From Candidatus Woesearchaeota archaeon (GTDB lineage Archaea > Nanobdellota > Nanobdellia > Woesearchaeales > JBBIVF01), in the NCBI GenBank assembly GCA_037439845.1, contig JBBIVF010000001.1, positions 1,842 to 65,841 of the forward strand: a stretch of DNA of 64,000 nt, given 5' to 3'. Each line of letters opens with the position of its first letter. Position 1 is the stretch's first letter. Shown piece after piece: positions 1 to 9,623 of the stretch. The notes beneath the pieces were generated by a model that was not told where the DNA came from, searched no databases, and saw nothing but the letters and a program-made list of their open reading frames with translations. The position numbers and the translations under genes were made by a program.

Positions 1-127
1 AACCATCATAAGCTATTGGAGTATATTTTTCATCACTGAGCATGGCTATTAGTTCTTCTTCTCCTATTATCTCTTCTCCTACTTGTTTAATCAGGTCTAT
101 TCTTTCTTTTAAGGATAATTTAGCCAT
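1..127 (-). CDS. tyrS: Tyrosyl-tRNA synthetase, N-terminal fragment; the gene continues off the window (TrpRS not fully excluded)
   Basis: Minus-strand translation from the ATG at 125-127 gives MAKLSLKERIDLIKQVGEEIIGEEELIAMLSDEKYTPIAYDG. This matches the archaeal TyrRS N-terminus (ERLELIKRNTEEIITEEEL...AYIGFEPSG). It is not in the ORF track because it is truncated by the window edge. Confidence 0.45.
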   Translation of the reverse strand, partial: MAKLSLKERIDLIKQVGEEIIGEEELIAMLSDEKYTPIAYDG

Positions 128-539
128 TCTATTTGCCTTTCTGTCTTAAATTTTGATAAATATTAATTATTTCAGGTATTTGTTGTAGTTATTTTTATTT
201 TGATGCTAAAAAAATATTCTTTTTTATTTTTTTAGTTGAATGTGTTAAATTAAAGCTTTAAAGGTTTTAGAAGGTCTTTCTTAAATATGTTTGCTTAAAA
301 ATCATATAAGAATCATAGTGCCTAAAAAAATATGGAATTGGATATAGTATTTATTTAAATCAAAATTGAGTTTTATTATAAAAATGTTTCATATTGTATT
401 TTTTTGTTAGCTTTTAATTTATATTTCTGATTTTTATATTATAGAATTATTATTTTTTTTATCATCTATTAAAAATTTTTTATCTGTTAATTCCATATTT
501 TACATCATAATCCTATGCACCACCATATCTGAAAATATT

Positions 540-780
540 TTATAACGGCTTCTGGTTAATAATAATAAGGTTTTTAGGGTTTTTATATTTATTTTAATAT
601 AACGTTAAATTAACGTTATAACGATATTTTTTATAATGTCTTATTAAGGCTCATAAATACGTTATAATCGTTATGAAATCGTTATAACGTTATATAACGA
701 TAACGATAACGGTTATAACGTTATAATAAGTCTTATAAACATGTTTTACAGAAAAATCGTTATAACGGTTGAATTTTTTT
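540..780. repeat. Array of the 10-bp palindrome CGTTATAACG plus variants in an AT-rich intergenic region; possible regulator-binding iterons
   Basis: Perfect copies at 614-623, 680-689 and 768-777. GTTATAACG occurs at 712-720. Variants CGTTATAATCG (660-670), CGTTATATAACG and CGATAACGATAACGG lie between them. Related copies occur inside the adjacent ORF at 1029-1038 and 1050-1077. Confidence 0.7.
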
Positions 781-786
781 CAAAAA

Positions 787-1521
787 TTACTCATAGTTGT
801 AGAACTTCTTTATTTTCTCCTTATTTGAAATGGCGTATAATTTAAGTTTTCCTGGGCCAGAAAAGGCTTCTAAGGGATAATTTTTATTTTTTAAAGCATT
901 AATATAGACCTTTACTGAATTGGGGCTCATATTGAGCTTATTTGCTATATCAAAATATGATAATGGCACTGTAGACTCAAATAACAAGCTTAATATCCTT
1001 TTTTCCGAGCTGGTAAGAACATTAGAAACGTTATAACGCGTTATATCCTTAACGATATTATCGTTAGTAACGTTAGAAGGCCTTTCCTGAAGAGCAACCT
1101 TTTCTATTGTTGTTCTTGTTATTGCGAGCTCTTCAAGAATTTCTTTCTTTAATTGGTCGCGGTCTATTTTAGGAATCTCAACATAAGAGTCGATTATACT
1201 TTTGATATACTCGTCATCTACCTGAGACATAACTTCTAAGATATCCTTAAGTTTCTGAAGCATTTCTAGGATAACTGTGACTTTTTTGTCATGCTCTTTA
1301 TGGAGCTTGTTAAAGTGATTAATCCACTGATAAATTAGGTTTAAGTTCTCTTCGTGGTGTTTTTTTAAGTACTCATGTTTAGTGTGTAGATGATCAACTT
1401 TTTGGTTGAGAACTTCATTAACATATTTAACATGTCTAAAAGAATTGGCTATATTATTTGATAATAAAGAAAGTTCGTTTTTCGAATCTATATTAGTTCT
1501 TCTTTTTCTAAACAAACCCAT
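787..1521 (-). CDS. Hypothetical protein with a C-terminal winged-HTH DNA-binding domain (MarR/ArsR-like)
   Basis: 244-aa ORF. The C-terminus SEKRILSLLFESTVPLSYFDIANKLNMSPNSVKVYINALKNK is a typical wHTH. Its coding sequence itself contains the CGTTATAACG palindrome (1024-1077). Confidence 0.5.
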   Translation of the reverse strand: MGLFRKRRTNIDSKNELSLLSNNIANSFRHVKYVNEVLNQKVDHLHTKHEYLKKHHEENLNLIYQWINHFNKLHKEHDKKVTVILEMLQKLKDILEVMSQVDDEYIKSIIDSYVEIPKIDRDQLKKEILEELAITRTTIEKVALQERPSNVTNDNIVKDITRYNVSNVLTSSEKRILSLLFESTVPLSYFDIANKLNMSPNSVKVYINALKNKNYPLEAFSGPGKLKLYAISNKEKIKKFYNYE

Positions 1522-1984
1522 GCTTAACCCCCCTTTTTTAGGATTCTTTTGGCTCCTTTAAAGTTTAACAATATAAAGTTTGTGAATTATTAAAAACCAA
1601 AAAAAATGAAATTTTTGATATATTTATATATATTATTGATAAAAGTGAGTAATAATTGGGCACTATTATGATTTGAAAAGAAGTTAATAATGAAAAAGTT
1701 TAGTAAAAATTATTAAGTTTTATTGAAATTTTATGCAAAAAAATGGCTTAAAATACTCTTAAAAAATAAAATCACTTTTTTTTAGGCACTATTAATATTA
1801 TTGAAAATTTTTCAAATTTTTTTGTTGGAAATTTTAATATAATATTTTAAGAACTAAAAAACATAAAATTCCTATTCCTAAAGGCCTTTTGTCACAAATT
1901 ATGAACACAAATGTCTAGCGAAACATTTATATATTTAGGTAGTAAGATTTTTTTAGTCTTTTCATAATAAATAAAAGGGGAGAT

Positions 1985-2248
1985 ATGATGGAAGAAGGCA
2001 AATTATTATCTAAGGCACTGATTGGCAAGACTATTGTTTCTAAAACAGGCAAAAAATTTGGTGAAATAGGAGATATAATCTTTGAAACAAGAACAGGAGA
2101 GCTCATTCACCTGGTTGTTGTTAATCCTACTGAATACATCTCTAGGCTAGAGCTTGAGAAGGATAAAGGCGGAGCTTATCTTGTGCCTTATTCTAGTGTT
2201 ATGGCAATAGGAGATTTCGTAGTGATTGCTGAAGAAGATATCATTTAA
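1985..2248 (+). CDS. PRC-barrel domain protein
   Basis: 87 aa. The GKTIVSKTGKKFGEIGDIIFETRTGELIHLVV pattern is typical of small archaeal PRC-barrel proteins. Confidence 0.45.
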   Translation: MMEEGKLLSKALIGKTIVSKTGKKFGEIGDIIFETRTGELIHLVVVNPTEYISRLELEKDKGGAYLVPYSSVMAIGDFVVIAEEDII

Positions 2249-2323
2249 TTATTTTTTTAATATTTAATCTTTTAATTTCTTAAAAGATAATCTATTTATA
2301 GTACAAATTTATTGTGAAATAAA

Positions 2324-3277
2324 ATGGAACATTCGATCTGGACAGAAAAATATAGGCCATCAGAATTCTCTGAAATCATTGGCCAAAAAGATGTTGTCTC
2401 TCGCGTAAAAGCATTTGTTGAGCACAAGAATATGCCTCATTTGCTTTTTACTGGTCCTGCTGGCGTAGGCAAGACTACTTTAGCAATTGTTGTCGCGAAA
2501 AAACTTTTTGGAGAAAATTGGAGAGGAAATTTCCTTGAACTAAATGCTTCTGATGAAAGAGGTATTGAGGTTATCAGGGTAAAAGTGAAAGATTTTGCCA
2601 GAACAAGAAGCATTGGAGATGTGCCTTTCAAAATAATTTATCTTGATGAGTGTGATGCTCTTACAAAAGAAGCCCAACAAGCTCTCAGAAGAACAATGGA
2701 AAATTTTACCCAGACCTGTAGATTCATATTATCTGCGAATTATTCCTCCAAAATCATTGAACCCATACAATCAAGATGCGCTATTTTCAGGTTCAAGCCT
2801 TTGTTGAAAGATGATGTTTTTGAAATTATCGAAAGAATCGCAAAAAATGAAAAACTTTCTATTGACAAAGACGCTAAAGATGCTTTGTATGAAGCCTGTG
2901 AAGGCGACCTCAGAAAATTAGAGAACATAATGCAAGCATGCGCTTCACTCGGAAAAAGCATATATGCTGAAAATGTTTTCTCAATGGCTGCAATGGCAAG
3001 GCCAAAAGAGGTCAAAGAGGTTCTTGAGCTTGCTGTGAAAGGAGATTTTGTAAAAGCAAGAGCAAAATTAATAGATACAATGCTCACTTATGGAATTTCA
3101 GGTCTTGACATGATTAAACAAATACAAAAACATATTCTAGACATTAATATAGACAAGCACAAGAAAATGGAGCTTATAGATTATTGTGGTGAAATAGAGT
3201 TTAGAATGACCGAGGGCTCTGACGAATACTTACAGCTAGACTGCCTGCTGGCAAGAATGGGTGTTGCGGGTAAATAA
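2324..3277 (+). CDS. rfcS: Replication factor C small subunit
   Basis: Walker A GPAGVGKTT, DEAD-like LDECDAL, SRC motif SRCAIFRF, and an N-terminal EKYRP box. 317 aa, no intein. Confidence 0.9.
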   Translation: MEHSIWTEKYRPSEFSEIIGQKDVVSRVKAFVEHKNMPHLLFTGPAGVGKTTLAIVVAKKLFGENWRGNFLELNASDERGIEVIRVKVKDFARTRSIGDVPFKIIYLDECDALTKEAQQALRRTMENFTQTCRFILSANYSSKIIEPIQSRCAIFRFKPLLKDDVFEIIERIAKNEKLSIDKDAKDALYEACEGDLRKLENIMQACASLGKSIYAENVFSMAAMARPKEVKEVLELAVKGDFVKARAKLIDTMLTYGISGLDMIKQIQKHILDINIDKHKKMELIDYCGEIEFRMTEGSDEYLQLDCLLARMGVAGK

Positions 3278-3319
3278 TAAATAAAAAGAGAAAATTAAAA
3301 AGAAAAAATAAATCAAAAT

Positions 3320-4309
3320 TTATTGAGCTGAAACATCTCTTATTTCTAAAGAGGTCTGTGCTCTGTCAAGATATTTGTAGATGAGCTCAATATCAAGTTG
3401 ATGCTCAAACTTGCCCTTGATACCTGAGACATCCAGAGTGCATGAAACTTTTCTTGGAGCTACTGCTCTTGACTCTGTTTCAAATAACTGCACATATCCT
3501 TCAGAAGAACTTGCTGATACTCCTTGCAATCCTGAACAAACTGGTTTTCTCCCATTTAGCTCAGAAGTTATTTTTAGATATACCTTGTTTCTTTCTGGAT
3601 TTGTTACAACATCATCGCAGACTGATTCTGTATATTTGAAGATGCGTCCATTACCCACATGCTCAATGTCAAATGTGAACTGCAGCTTGTCCTGTCCTAG
3701 CGGCTCTTGTCTGAAATTGGTAATGTGTATGGGAGATTTAGATGATTTTGCATCTTTGTAGCCTGAGATCTTGCAGATAGTTTCATCAGACACTATTGCA
3801 TCCAGCAAATTTTCCTTCACACACACCAATGTTGAGGTATATGTAATGTAATTATAGCAAATATCTACTGCTATTGTAGTTTGAGTGTTGCCTCTTATAT
3901 TTCTCTGGTAATTAAGGTTTGGGAATTCAATAACATCTTGGTCTCCTGGAAGTATTGTACCATCAAAATTCTTTGTTGCGCCTTTTAGAGCCGGCAGAGG
4001 TTTCTTAAGGTCTGCTGATGAAACGCCCCAGTCAGAAGGATTTATTCCTGAAAGCTCAACATATCCATCTGCTGCTCCTTTAATATCTGCTTCGCCATTA
4101 TTTGTTATCTTTAATCCTATTCCAAATGGATAGCCTTTATTATCAAAAACATATGGCGGCGGCATACCTGGCATGAATTCCAATGAAAGTCCACCAACTC
4201 CGCCAATAAATGGTTCTGTTGAACCTGTTTGTGTTTCTTGTTTTCCACAACCGAAAATTGTTATAACAACTATTAAGAGAGCCAATATCACAAAAAATTT
4301 CTTATTCAT
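3320..4309 (-). CDS. Secreted lipoprotein, paralog 1 of 3 of an unknown Cys-containing family
   Basis: Signal peptide plus lipobox (IFGCGKQ). Shares GLSLEFMPGMPPPYVF and DICYNYITYTSTLVCV motifs with the two upstream paralogs. Confidence 0.6.
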   Translation of the reverse strand: MNKKFFVILALLIVVITIFGCGKQETQTGSTEPFIGGVGGLSLEFMPGMPPPYVFDNKGYPFGIGLKITNNGEADIKGAADGYVELSGINPSDWGVSSADLKKPLPALKGATKNFDGTILPGDQDVIEFPNLNYQRNIRGNTQTTIAVDICYNYITYTSTLVCVKENLLDAIVSDETICKISGYKDAKSSKSPIHITNFRQEPLGQDKLQFTFDIEHVGNGRIFKYTESVCDDVVTNPERNKVYLKITSELNGRKPVCSGLQGVSASSSEGYVQLFETESRAVAPRKVSCTLDVSGIKGKFEHQLDIELIYKYLDRAQTSLEIRDVSAQ

Positions 4310-4334
4310 CTAAACACCTCCTTTCCTAAGTCAA

Positions 4335-5462
4335 TTAATTTTGTAATATCCTTAATGATCCTTGTATGGAATCATAATAACCATATCCTAGCACTATTCT
4401 TATTGGAGTTTCATAAGCAGATAATCCTTTTGCAGCGTCAGGAACGCAAACAATAGGACTTCCTCCATAAACGTAATTTGTAGTAAATGGGTTTGTTGGT
4501 GGTGCTAAACCCGTGCCTTTGTTTCCATGACAAAATTCACAAGTAATTACTGCTTCATTATTTATCAGCCGTATTTCACCTTCTGGAGTAAGCGGTCTGC
4601 AGGTTTGAGTTATTTCTATGTTTGAAACATAAACAGACGATAACCTGACTTTATTGATATCTTCATAATCAAAATCAGGACATATTTTCTCTCCTTTTAT
4701 AGATTCGACGAGAGAATATGGGAATCCTCTGCCAAGATTCCTTATGTATATCCTAAACTTGGTTTTTGAGGATGTTGTCTCTTGTTCTATTCTTGTTATA
4801 GCAATAGGTGCTGCCTGAGAAGTTAATGTAACATCATGAGGTGAGCATATTTCATTCTCAATACGCTGTGTAAATGGATCTGGATCTATGCATACAGAGG
4901 GATTTGCATAAGTCACATATTTATAGCAAACCTCTACTTTATACTTCTGCTCCATTGAGGTAGGTATTCCTCTTAAATCTGCTTTGGCTTTTATTGTCAT
5001 CAGCTCAGAGTTGCCTAAAGAATTGTATGGGTCTTTTCCATACAGATCAGGCGCGATTGTGCAGCCTGTACTTTCTGGTCTTGGATCGCAGAGATTGTTT
5101 GAATAATCATAACCTTGGAATATTGGGAAATATGTTGTATCTAATCCTGAAACATATAATTTTGCTTCTAATGGAAGTTCAATCATCATTCCACCAAAGA
5201 GATCTTTTGTATATTCATTTGGAAATCCTCCTCTATTATAAACTTCTATCAAAAACTCAAACTCATCTCCATTATAGACCACTGCAGGCGGAGCATTAGG
5301 CAAAAGCCTTAATGTCAGACCCTCAGTGCCTGTTAGATAGGCTGTGCTTGATCTTTTTGCACTGCTTCTATCTTTGCCACAAGAAAACCCAAACATTAGA
5401 AGAGTTAATAAGATACAAAATAACATGAGCTTTGTGGATTTTTCCATTATATATCTTTTCAT
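4335..5462 (-). CDS. Secreted lipoprotein, paralog 2 of 3
   Basis: Signal peptide with GFSCGKD lipobox. Motifs GLTLRLLPNAPPAVVY and VEVCYKYVTYANPSVCIDPD. Confidence 0.6.
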   Translation of the reverse strand: MKRYIMEKSTKLMLFCILLTLLMFGFSCGKDRSSAKRSSTAYLTGTEGLTLRLLPNAPPAVVYNGDEFEFLIEVYNRGGFPNEYTKDLFGGMMIELPLEAKLYVSGLDTTYFPIFQGYDYSNNLCDPRPESTGCTIAPDLYGKDPYNSLGNSELMTIKAKADLRGIPTSMEQKYKVEVCYKYVTYANPSVCIDPDPFTQRIENEICSPHDVTLTSQAAPIAITRIEQETTSSKTKFRIYIRNLGRGFPYSLVESIKGEKICPDFDYEDINKVRLSSVYVSNIEITQTCRPLTPEGEIRLINNEAVITCEFCHGNKGTGLAPPTNPFTTNYVYGGSPIVCVPDAAKGLSAYETPIRIVLGYGYYDSIQGSLRILQN

Positions 5463-5595
5463 TATAAGCTATCTTTAAAAAATAGTATATTTAAACTTTT
5501 CTAAAATGATATTTAAAGTTTACTGTTAAAATTTACTGCTTAGAATAAAAGAGTTTTTGACGATAAAAAATATTTAGTATTGTTGAGTGATAAAG

Positions 5596-6585
5596 TTAAC
5601 TAGGAATCTTTGTTATTCTTGTTCCTGTTGTCCAGGTTTGGGTATAACCATAATCGAATTTTACTATTAAAGGAGAAAGGAAAGACCTTCTTGAGGCAAG
5701 CTCATTTTCCTGAAAACGTTCTGTCCAGCATCTTGTCTTGCCTATATTGTCCTTTATCAAAATATCCTGAGGAGAACAAATTAGTGGCTTGCCCATAAAT
5801 GTGCCATTGAAATGCACAATGTTTATTGTAGACCTGTTGATTGGTTGATTTGAACATGCTTTTTGGATGTCATATATATTCAAAACAGTACCTTCTGCAT
5901 AATTTGTTAATTCAATATAAAATTCTGGCCTGTATGTTGTGTCCCAAGGCAATATTCTTACATCTATCAATGAAACTCCAATAGGTGCGCCTTGACCTGA
6001 AAATTTAAGGGGTTGAAATTCACACACTCCTTTTGTTACTTTAGTAGAATCTGCTGAATCCAAATTCACGCAAATATCAGCAACAAGATATGTAGAGTAA
6101 TCATAGCATGCAGTCACTCTGAACTTCACATCATGATAAAAAGAAAGATTTTCTAATTTTTTTGTCTGAAATCTGAGTATTGCTGTTTCTTCCTGGCCTT
6201 TTTTCTCATATAATGTCTTTCCTGCCAAAGAAAAAGGAACCAATTTGTCTTTTGTTATTGGGGTTTTGGCATAGGTGCCATTATTGAAGATCACATAATC
6301 TTTTTCTGTACCAATACCGAAATATCCGTTTGTTATGTTGAATGCTCCTATGTTTTCTAAATCGAATATTAACTGTATTTCCTGTTGTTCCATAACTTCT
6401 TCTGGAGGTGCATTTGGCATAAAATTCAATTCCAAACCTCCTTTTCCTGAATACAATTGTTTTATCATTCTATCAATTTCTGTAGGAGAAAGAATTGTAT
6501 CTTTTTTTTGGCATGAGCTAAGAATAAGTAAGCTAATTATCAATGCTAGGATTATTGCTTTTTTTATTATTTTCTGATTAATCAT
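5596..6585 (-). CDS. Secreted lipoprotein, paralog 3 of 3
   Basis: Signal peptide with LSSCQKK lipobox. Motifs GGLELNFMPNAPPEEV and VTACYDYSTYLVADICVNLD. Confidence 0.6.
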   Translation of the reverse strand: MINQKIIKKAIILALIISLLILSSCQKKDTILSPTEIDRMIKQLYSGKGGLELNFMPNAPPEEVMEQQEIQLIFDLENIGAFNITNGYFGIGTEKDYVIFNNGTYAKTPITKDKLVPFSLAGKTLYEKKGQEETAILRFQTKKLENLSFYHDVKFRVTACYDYSTYLVADICVNLDSADSTKVTKGVCEFQPLKFSGQGAPIGVSLIDVRILPWDTTYRPEFYIELTNYAEGTVLNIYDIQKACSNQPINRSTINIVHFNGTFMGKPLICSPQDILIKDNIGKTRCWTERFQENELASRRSFLSPLIVKFDYGYTQTWTTGTRITKIPS

Positions 6586-6601
6586 TTTAAGTCTTTTTTA
6601 G

Positions 6602-9580
6602 TTATCTTGTTAATATATCTTGTGGAGTGCCTGTGCCATCATAAATATCTTTACCTAACTCAATCGGGTCTGACTTTTCTGATGCATAGGATATTTCTCC
6701 TGGAGGTTGATTGAGATTAAAGTATGTTCTAATATAATAACAATATTGCTGCTTTTGTAATGAGATTGGAGGACTTAGTGGATACTCGTATTTATCTTTT
6801 CCTAAAGGTGTTATTGATACTGACCTTAATTTATTATTGTCATTGCACAAGAACTCAATAATTTCATATTTTTTTACAATCTCAGGATATTCTTTCTCTA
6901 TTTCATTTGGCTGGAAAGAAATTATTAACTTATTGGCTGAAGTGTTCATAAACACAGTGGGTTTAGATGTGCTTAAGCCTGTATGGGTCGTTCCTAAGGT
7001 TATATTCATTTCTTCTGAATCATTGAAATTGTTTTGTGAATCTATAGCTCTTACCTTATAAGTATATGTACCTGAAAATTTCTCTACACCTATGTATGCG
7101 TATGTCTTATCATAAGGAATATCTGCCACAAATTGGAAATCCTCCATAATATTTGATCTTTTCCTGTATATCTTATATCTAATGTCTTTCTGGTCAATAG
7201 TATGAGGATTCCATGCTAATGCGAGCACAAGTCCTGCGTCTTTTATGTCTTTGAGCATTGTGATTTCTGGCTGAGGTGGAGGTGTAATATCCCATTTTCC
7301 TGCCTCTAGTTCATTTTTACACTTTTGATAATTAGGATATATTTTATTAATATGATTTTTTGTTTCTGGTGGAAGAGAACATTTAGATATACTGCAGGTT
7401 GTTGCATCACAACAGTACTTCATCACATTCCCTATACCCCAATTATATGCTGCCAGCATTAGTTTTATTCTCTCTTCAGGATCTGTAATTCTGTTTTTGA
7501 TTTTTTCTTCTAATTGCATAATCAGCCAATTATAATAAAACATTCCTCCGCCTATGTTAGAGTATGGCAAAAATCTTGAATCTATTTCTGGTAACTGCTG
7601 AGGTGCTATTGAATTTTTAAGTTCCTTTAATTCTTTGACATAATTTGAATCAGGAGAATTGCCTTTGTAATCTTTAAAGAATTTGGTTAATCCTGGTGAA
7701 GGCTTAGCAGACTTTTCCATGTCATATGCTGTACCTGGCATAAGTTGCAAAAGACCTACTGCTCCTTTATTAGAAATAGCGCAAGGATCTCCTGCAGATT
7801 CTTGTAGAATAGAGGCTATTGCTAAACATCTTGGAATTCCTGACTGCTGTTCCCAAAAGTCAATTTCTTTTTTATAGTCGGCATAGATACATTTAAGAAG
7901 ATTCTTGCTTGGACATTCTTCTTTCTTGCCGCATTTAACGAATGCATCTCCAATAGTTGAAACAAACAAAGGCTGCTTTTCTTCACCTGCTATACCTAAT
8001 GTCTCGTCCTTAATAGTTACAACAAATGCCTTGTCTAACTCATAAACATACGATATTGAGGCCTTGATATATCTAACTGTGAGAGGATTGTCTGGCTCCA
8101 TTATATTAGGGTCTATTTTAACTTGACACCTGAATGACTTGAAGTTCTTTATTTCTCTCAAATTTGATACAGAAACATTATATTCATTCACATCAGATTC
8201 CTGGCTTGAGACGAGCAGAGGTTCGAAGAAACAATTTTCTTTTACGAATTCTATCTCTTTTGGCAAAATCAATTTTAAAGATGTGATGTTGATTATTTTG
8301 CCATCTGGCCCCCATTCATTATCTATTGTAATTCCAAATTGAGCAAATGTGACAGGCGCATCTTGAGATTGCTTGACTTCAATCAAGGAAGGTCTCATTT
8401 CCATTCCTATGCTGATTGGTCCTTGGGTATAGATTGCTATTGGCTCTCTTGGTTCTATTTGATATTCTACATATGGATCTATATTCTGAGATTTTAATGT
8501 TCTTACTCTTTCAAAATCAATGAGATTTATCTGAAAGTAAGAGAATGTATCGAAATTGAATGTTGATGTGAAGTGCACTCTGTAAGAGCCAGGGTCTGAA
8601 TTGTACTGGCTTGGGCTGAACCTGCAGTTTATTGTTTCTTCGCCATAATTATAAATTGAGACACTTTTTGGAAATACTCTGTCTGCTTCTACTTTACTTC
8701 CTGAATATTCTATATAGCAATTATTAGTGATATTTATTTCTTGGTTTGAAAGCGTCCTTGCGCTCAATGTTGCCCAGACATCTACATCTTCATCAGAGTA
8801 GAACTCATCTGTTGCTCTTGAGAGGTCTTCAAGTTTTACTCCTAAAGGTGCATCTTTGTTTTCTTCTACTTGACCTATGTAATAATCAGATGTCGCGATC
8901 TGATATTGCTTATCCCAGAAATTTTTTATCGATGTTTTTGTTTCGGAAGTAAGTAAAGCTATGTTTGCCATCCACTTTCCAATTTCTTTTGTTGCAATAG
9001 AAGGGTTCATAATGAATTTGACTACTGACCTCGAGAGTGACAATGTGGACTGCGTCAAGAAAGCAATACCAGCTATCAATACAAGCACAACTAATATTAT
9101 CAAGAAAACCTTTATTATCGAGCCCAATGATGTGCCAACTCCTGAATGAGTTTCTATCTCTATTTTTGTTTCACCTGGTTTGGGGTGAAGTTTTTTTTCT
9201 CTTCTATGTGCAATGAATACAAACAAAAGCCAGAAAGGAAAAATGTCTATCTCAAAAAAACCACCTATACCTTCTATAGCCATGGCCAACCAGCTACTAT
9301 TTCCTATCACAGGTCTTAGCAAAAACCCACCAACAATATCGAATATTGCGCTTGCTGCTGAACCAAAACCCCAAAAAAGACTTAATAATGATAAAAGATC
9401 AAGGATTAATGCATAGACATAAGCCATTGTCCAGTTCCTTTTTGGTGCTTCTCCTGCTGTTGCGGATTTTGAAAGCAAACCTGCCTTATTTGACATCTTG
9501 TTTAGAGCATCTGCTATCTTGTCCATTGCACTTGCTGATTTAGAAGCAGAATCTTTTTTGAAAAAATTCTTTAAGCCCAT
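6602..9580 (-). CDS. Large multi-pass membrane protein with a lytic transglycosylase (SLT) domain and a beta-rich extracellular region
   Basis: 992 aa. N-terminal hydrophobic helices (YVYALILDLLSLLSLFWGF, FPFWLLFVFIAH, IIKVFLIILVVLVLIAGIAFL). SLT signature CLAIASILQESAGDPCAISNKGAVGLLQLMPGTAYD followed by LAAYNWGIGNVMKY. Confidence 0.7.
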   Translation of the reverse strand: MGLKNFFKKDSASKSASAMDKIADALNKMSNKAGLLSKSATAGEAPKRNWTMAYVYALILDLLSLLSLFWGFGSAASAIFDIVGGFLLRPVIGNSSWLAMAIEGIGGFFEIDIFPFWLLFVFIAHRREKKLHPKPGETKIEIETHSGVGTSLGSIIKVFLIILVVLVLIAGIAFLTQSTLSLSRSVVKFIMNPSIATKEIGKWMANIALLTSETKTSIKNFWDKQYQIATSDYYIGQVEENKDAPLGVKLEDLSRATDEFYSDEDVDVWATLSARTLSNQEINITNNCYIEYSGSKVEADRVFPKSVSIYNYGEETINCRFSPSQYNSDPGSYRVHFTSTFNFDTFSYFQINLIDFERVRTLKSQNIDPYVEYQIEPREPIAIYTQGPISIGMEMRPSLIEVKQSQDAPVTFAQFGITIDNEWGPDGKIINITSLKLILPKEIEFVKENCFFEPLLVSSQESDVNEYNVSVSNLREIKNFKSFRCQVKIDPNIMEPDNPLTVRYIKASISYVYELDKAFVVTIKDETLGIAGEEKQPLFVSTIGDAFVKCGKKEECPSKNLLKCIYADYKKEIDFWEQQSGIPRCLAIASILQESAGDPCAISNKGAVGLLQLMPGTAYDMEKSAKPSPGLTKFFKDYKGNSPDSNYVKELKELKNSIAPQQLPEIDSRFLPYSNIGGGMFYYNWLIMQLEEKIKNRITDPEERIKLMLAAYNWGIGNVMKYCCDATTCSISKCSLPPETKNHINKIYPNYQKCKNELEAGKWDITPPPQPEITMLKDIKDAGLVLALAWNPHTIDQKDIRYKIYRKRSNIMEDFQFVADIPYDKTYAYIGVEKFSGTYTYKVRAIDSQNNFNDSEEMNITLGTTHTGLSTSKPTVFMNTSANKLIISFQPNEIEKEYPEIVKKYEIIEFLCNDNNKLRSVSITPLGKDKYEYPLSPPISLQKQQYCYYIRTYFNLNQPPGEISYASEKSDPIELGKDIYDGTGTPQDILTR

Positions 9581-9623
9581 CTAGCACCTCTGGAATCGAA
9601 TCTCTGGACATAGATACTTGATC

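Noticed and set aside
2437-3087. Antisense ORFs 2437..2631 and 2740..3087 inside rfcS
   Set aside because: They sit opposite a well-conserved RFC frame and have a hydrophobic, low-complexity composition. They are shadow ORFs.
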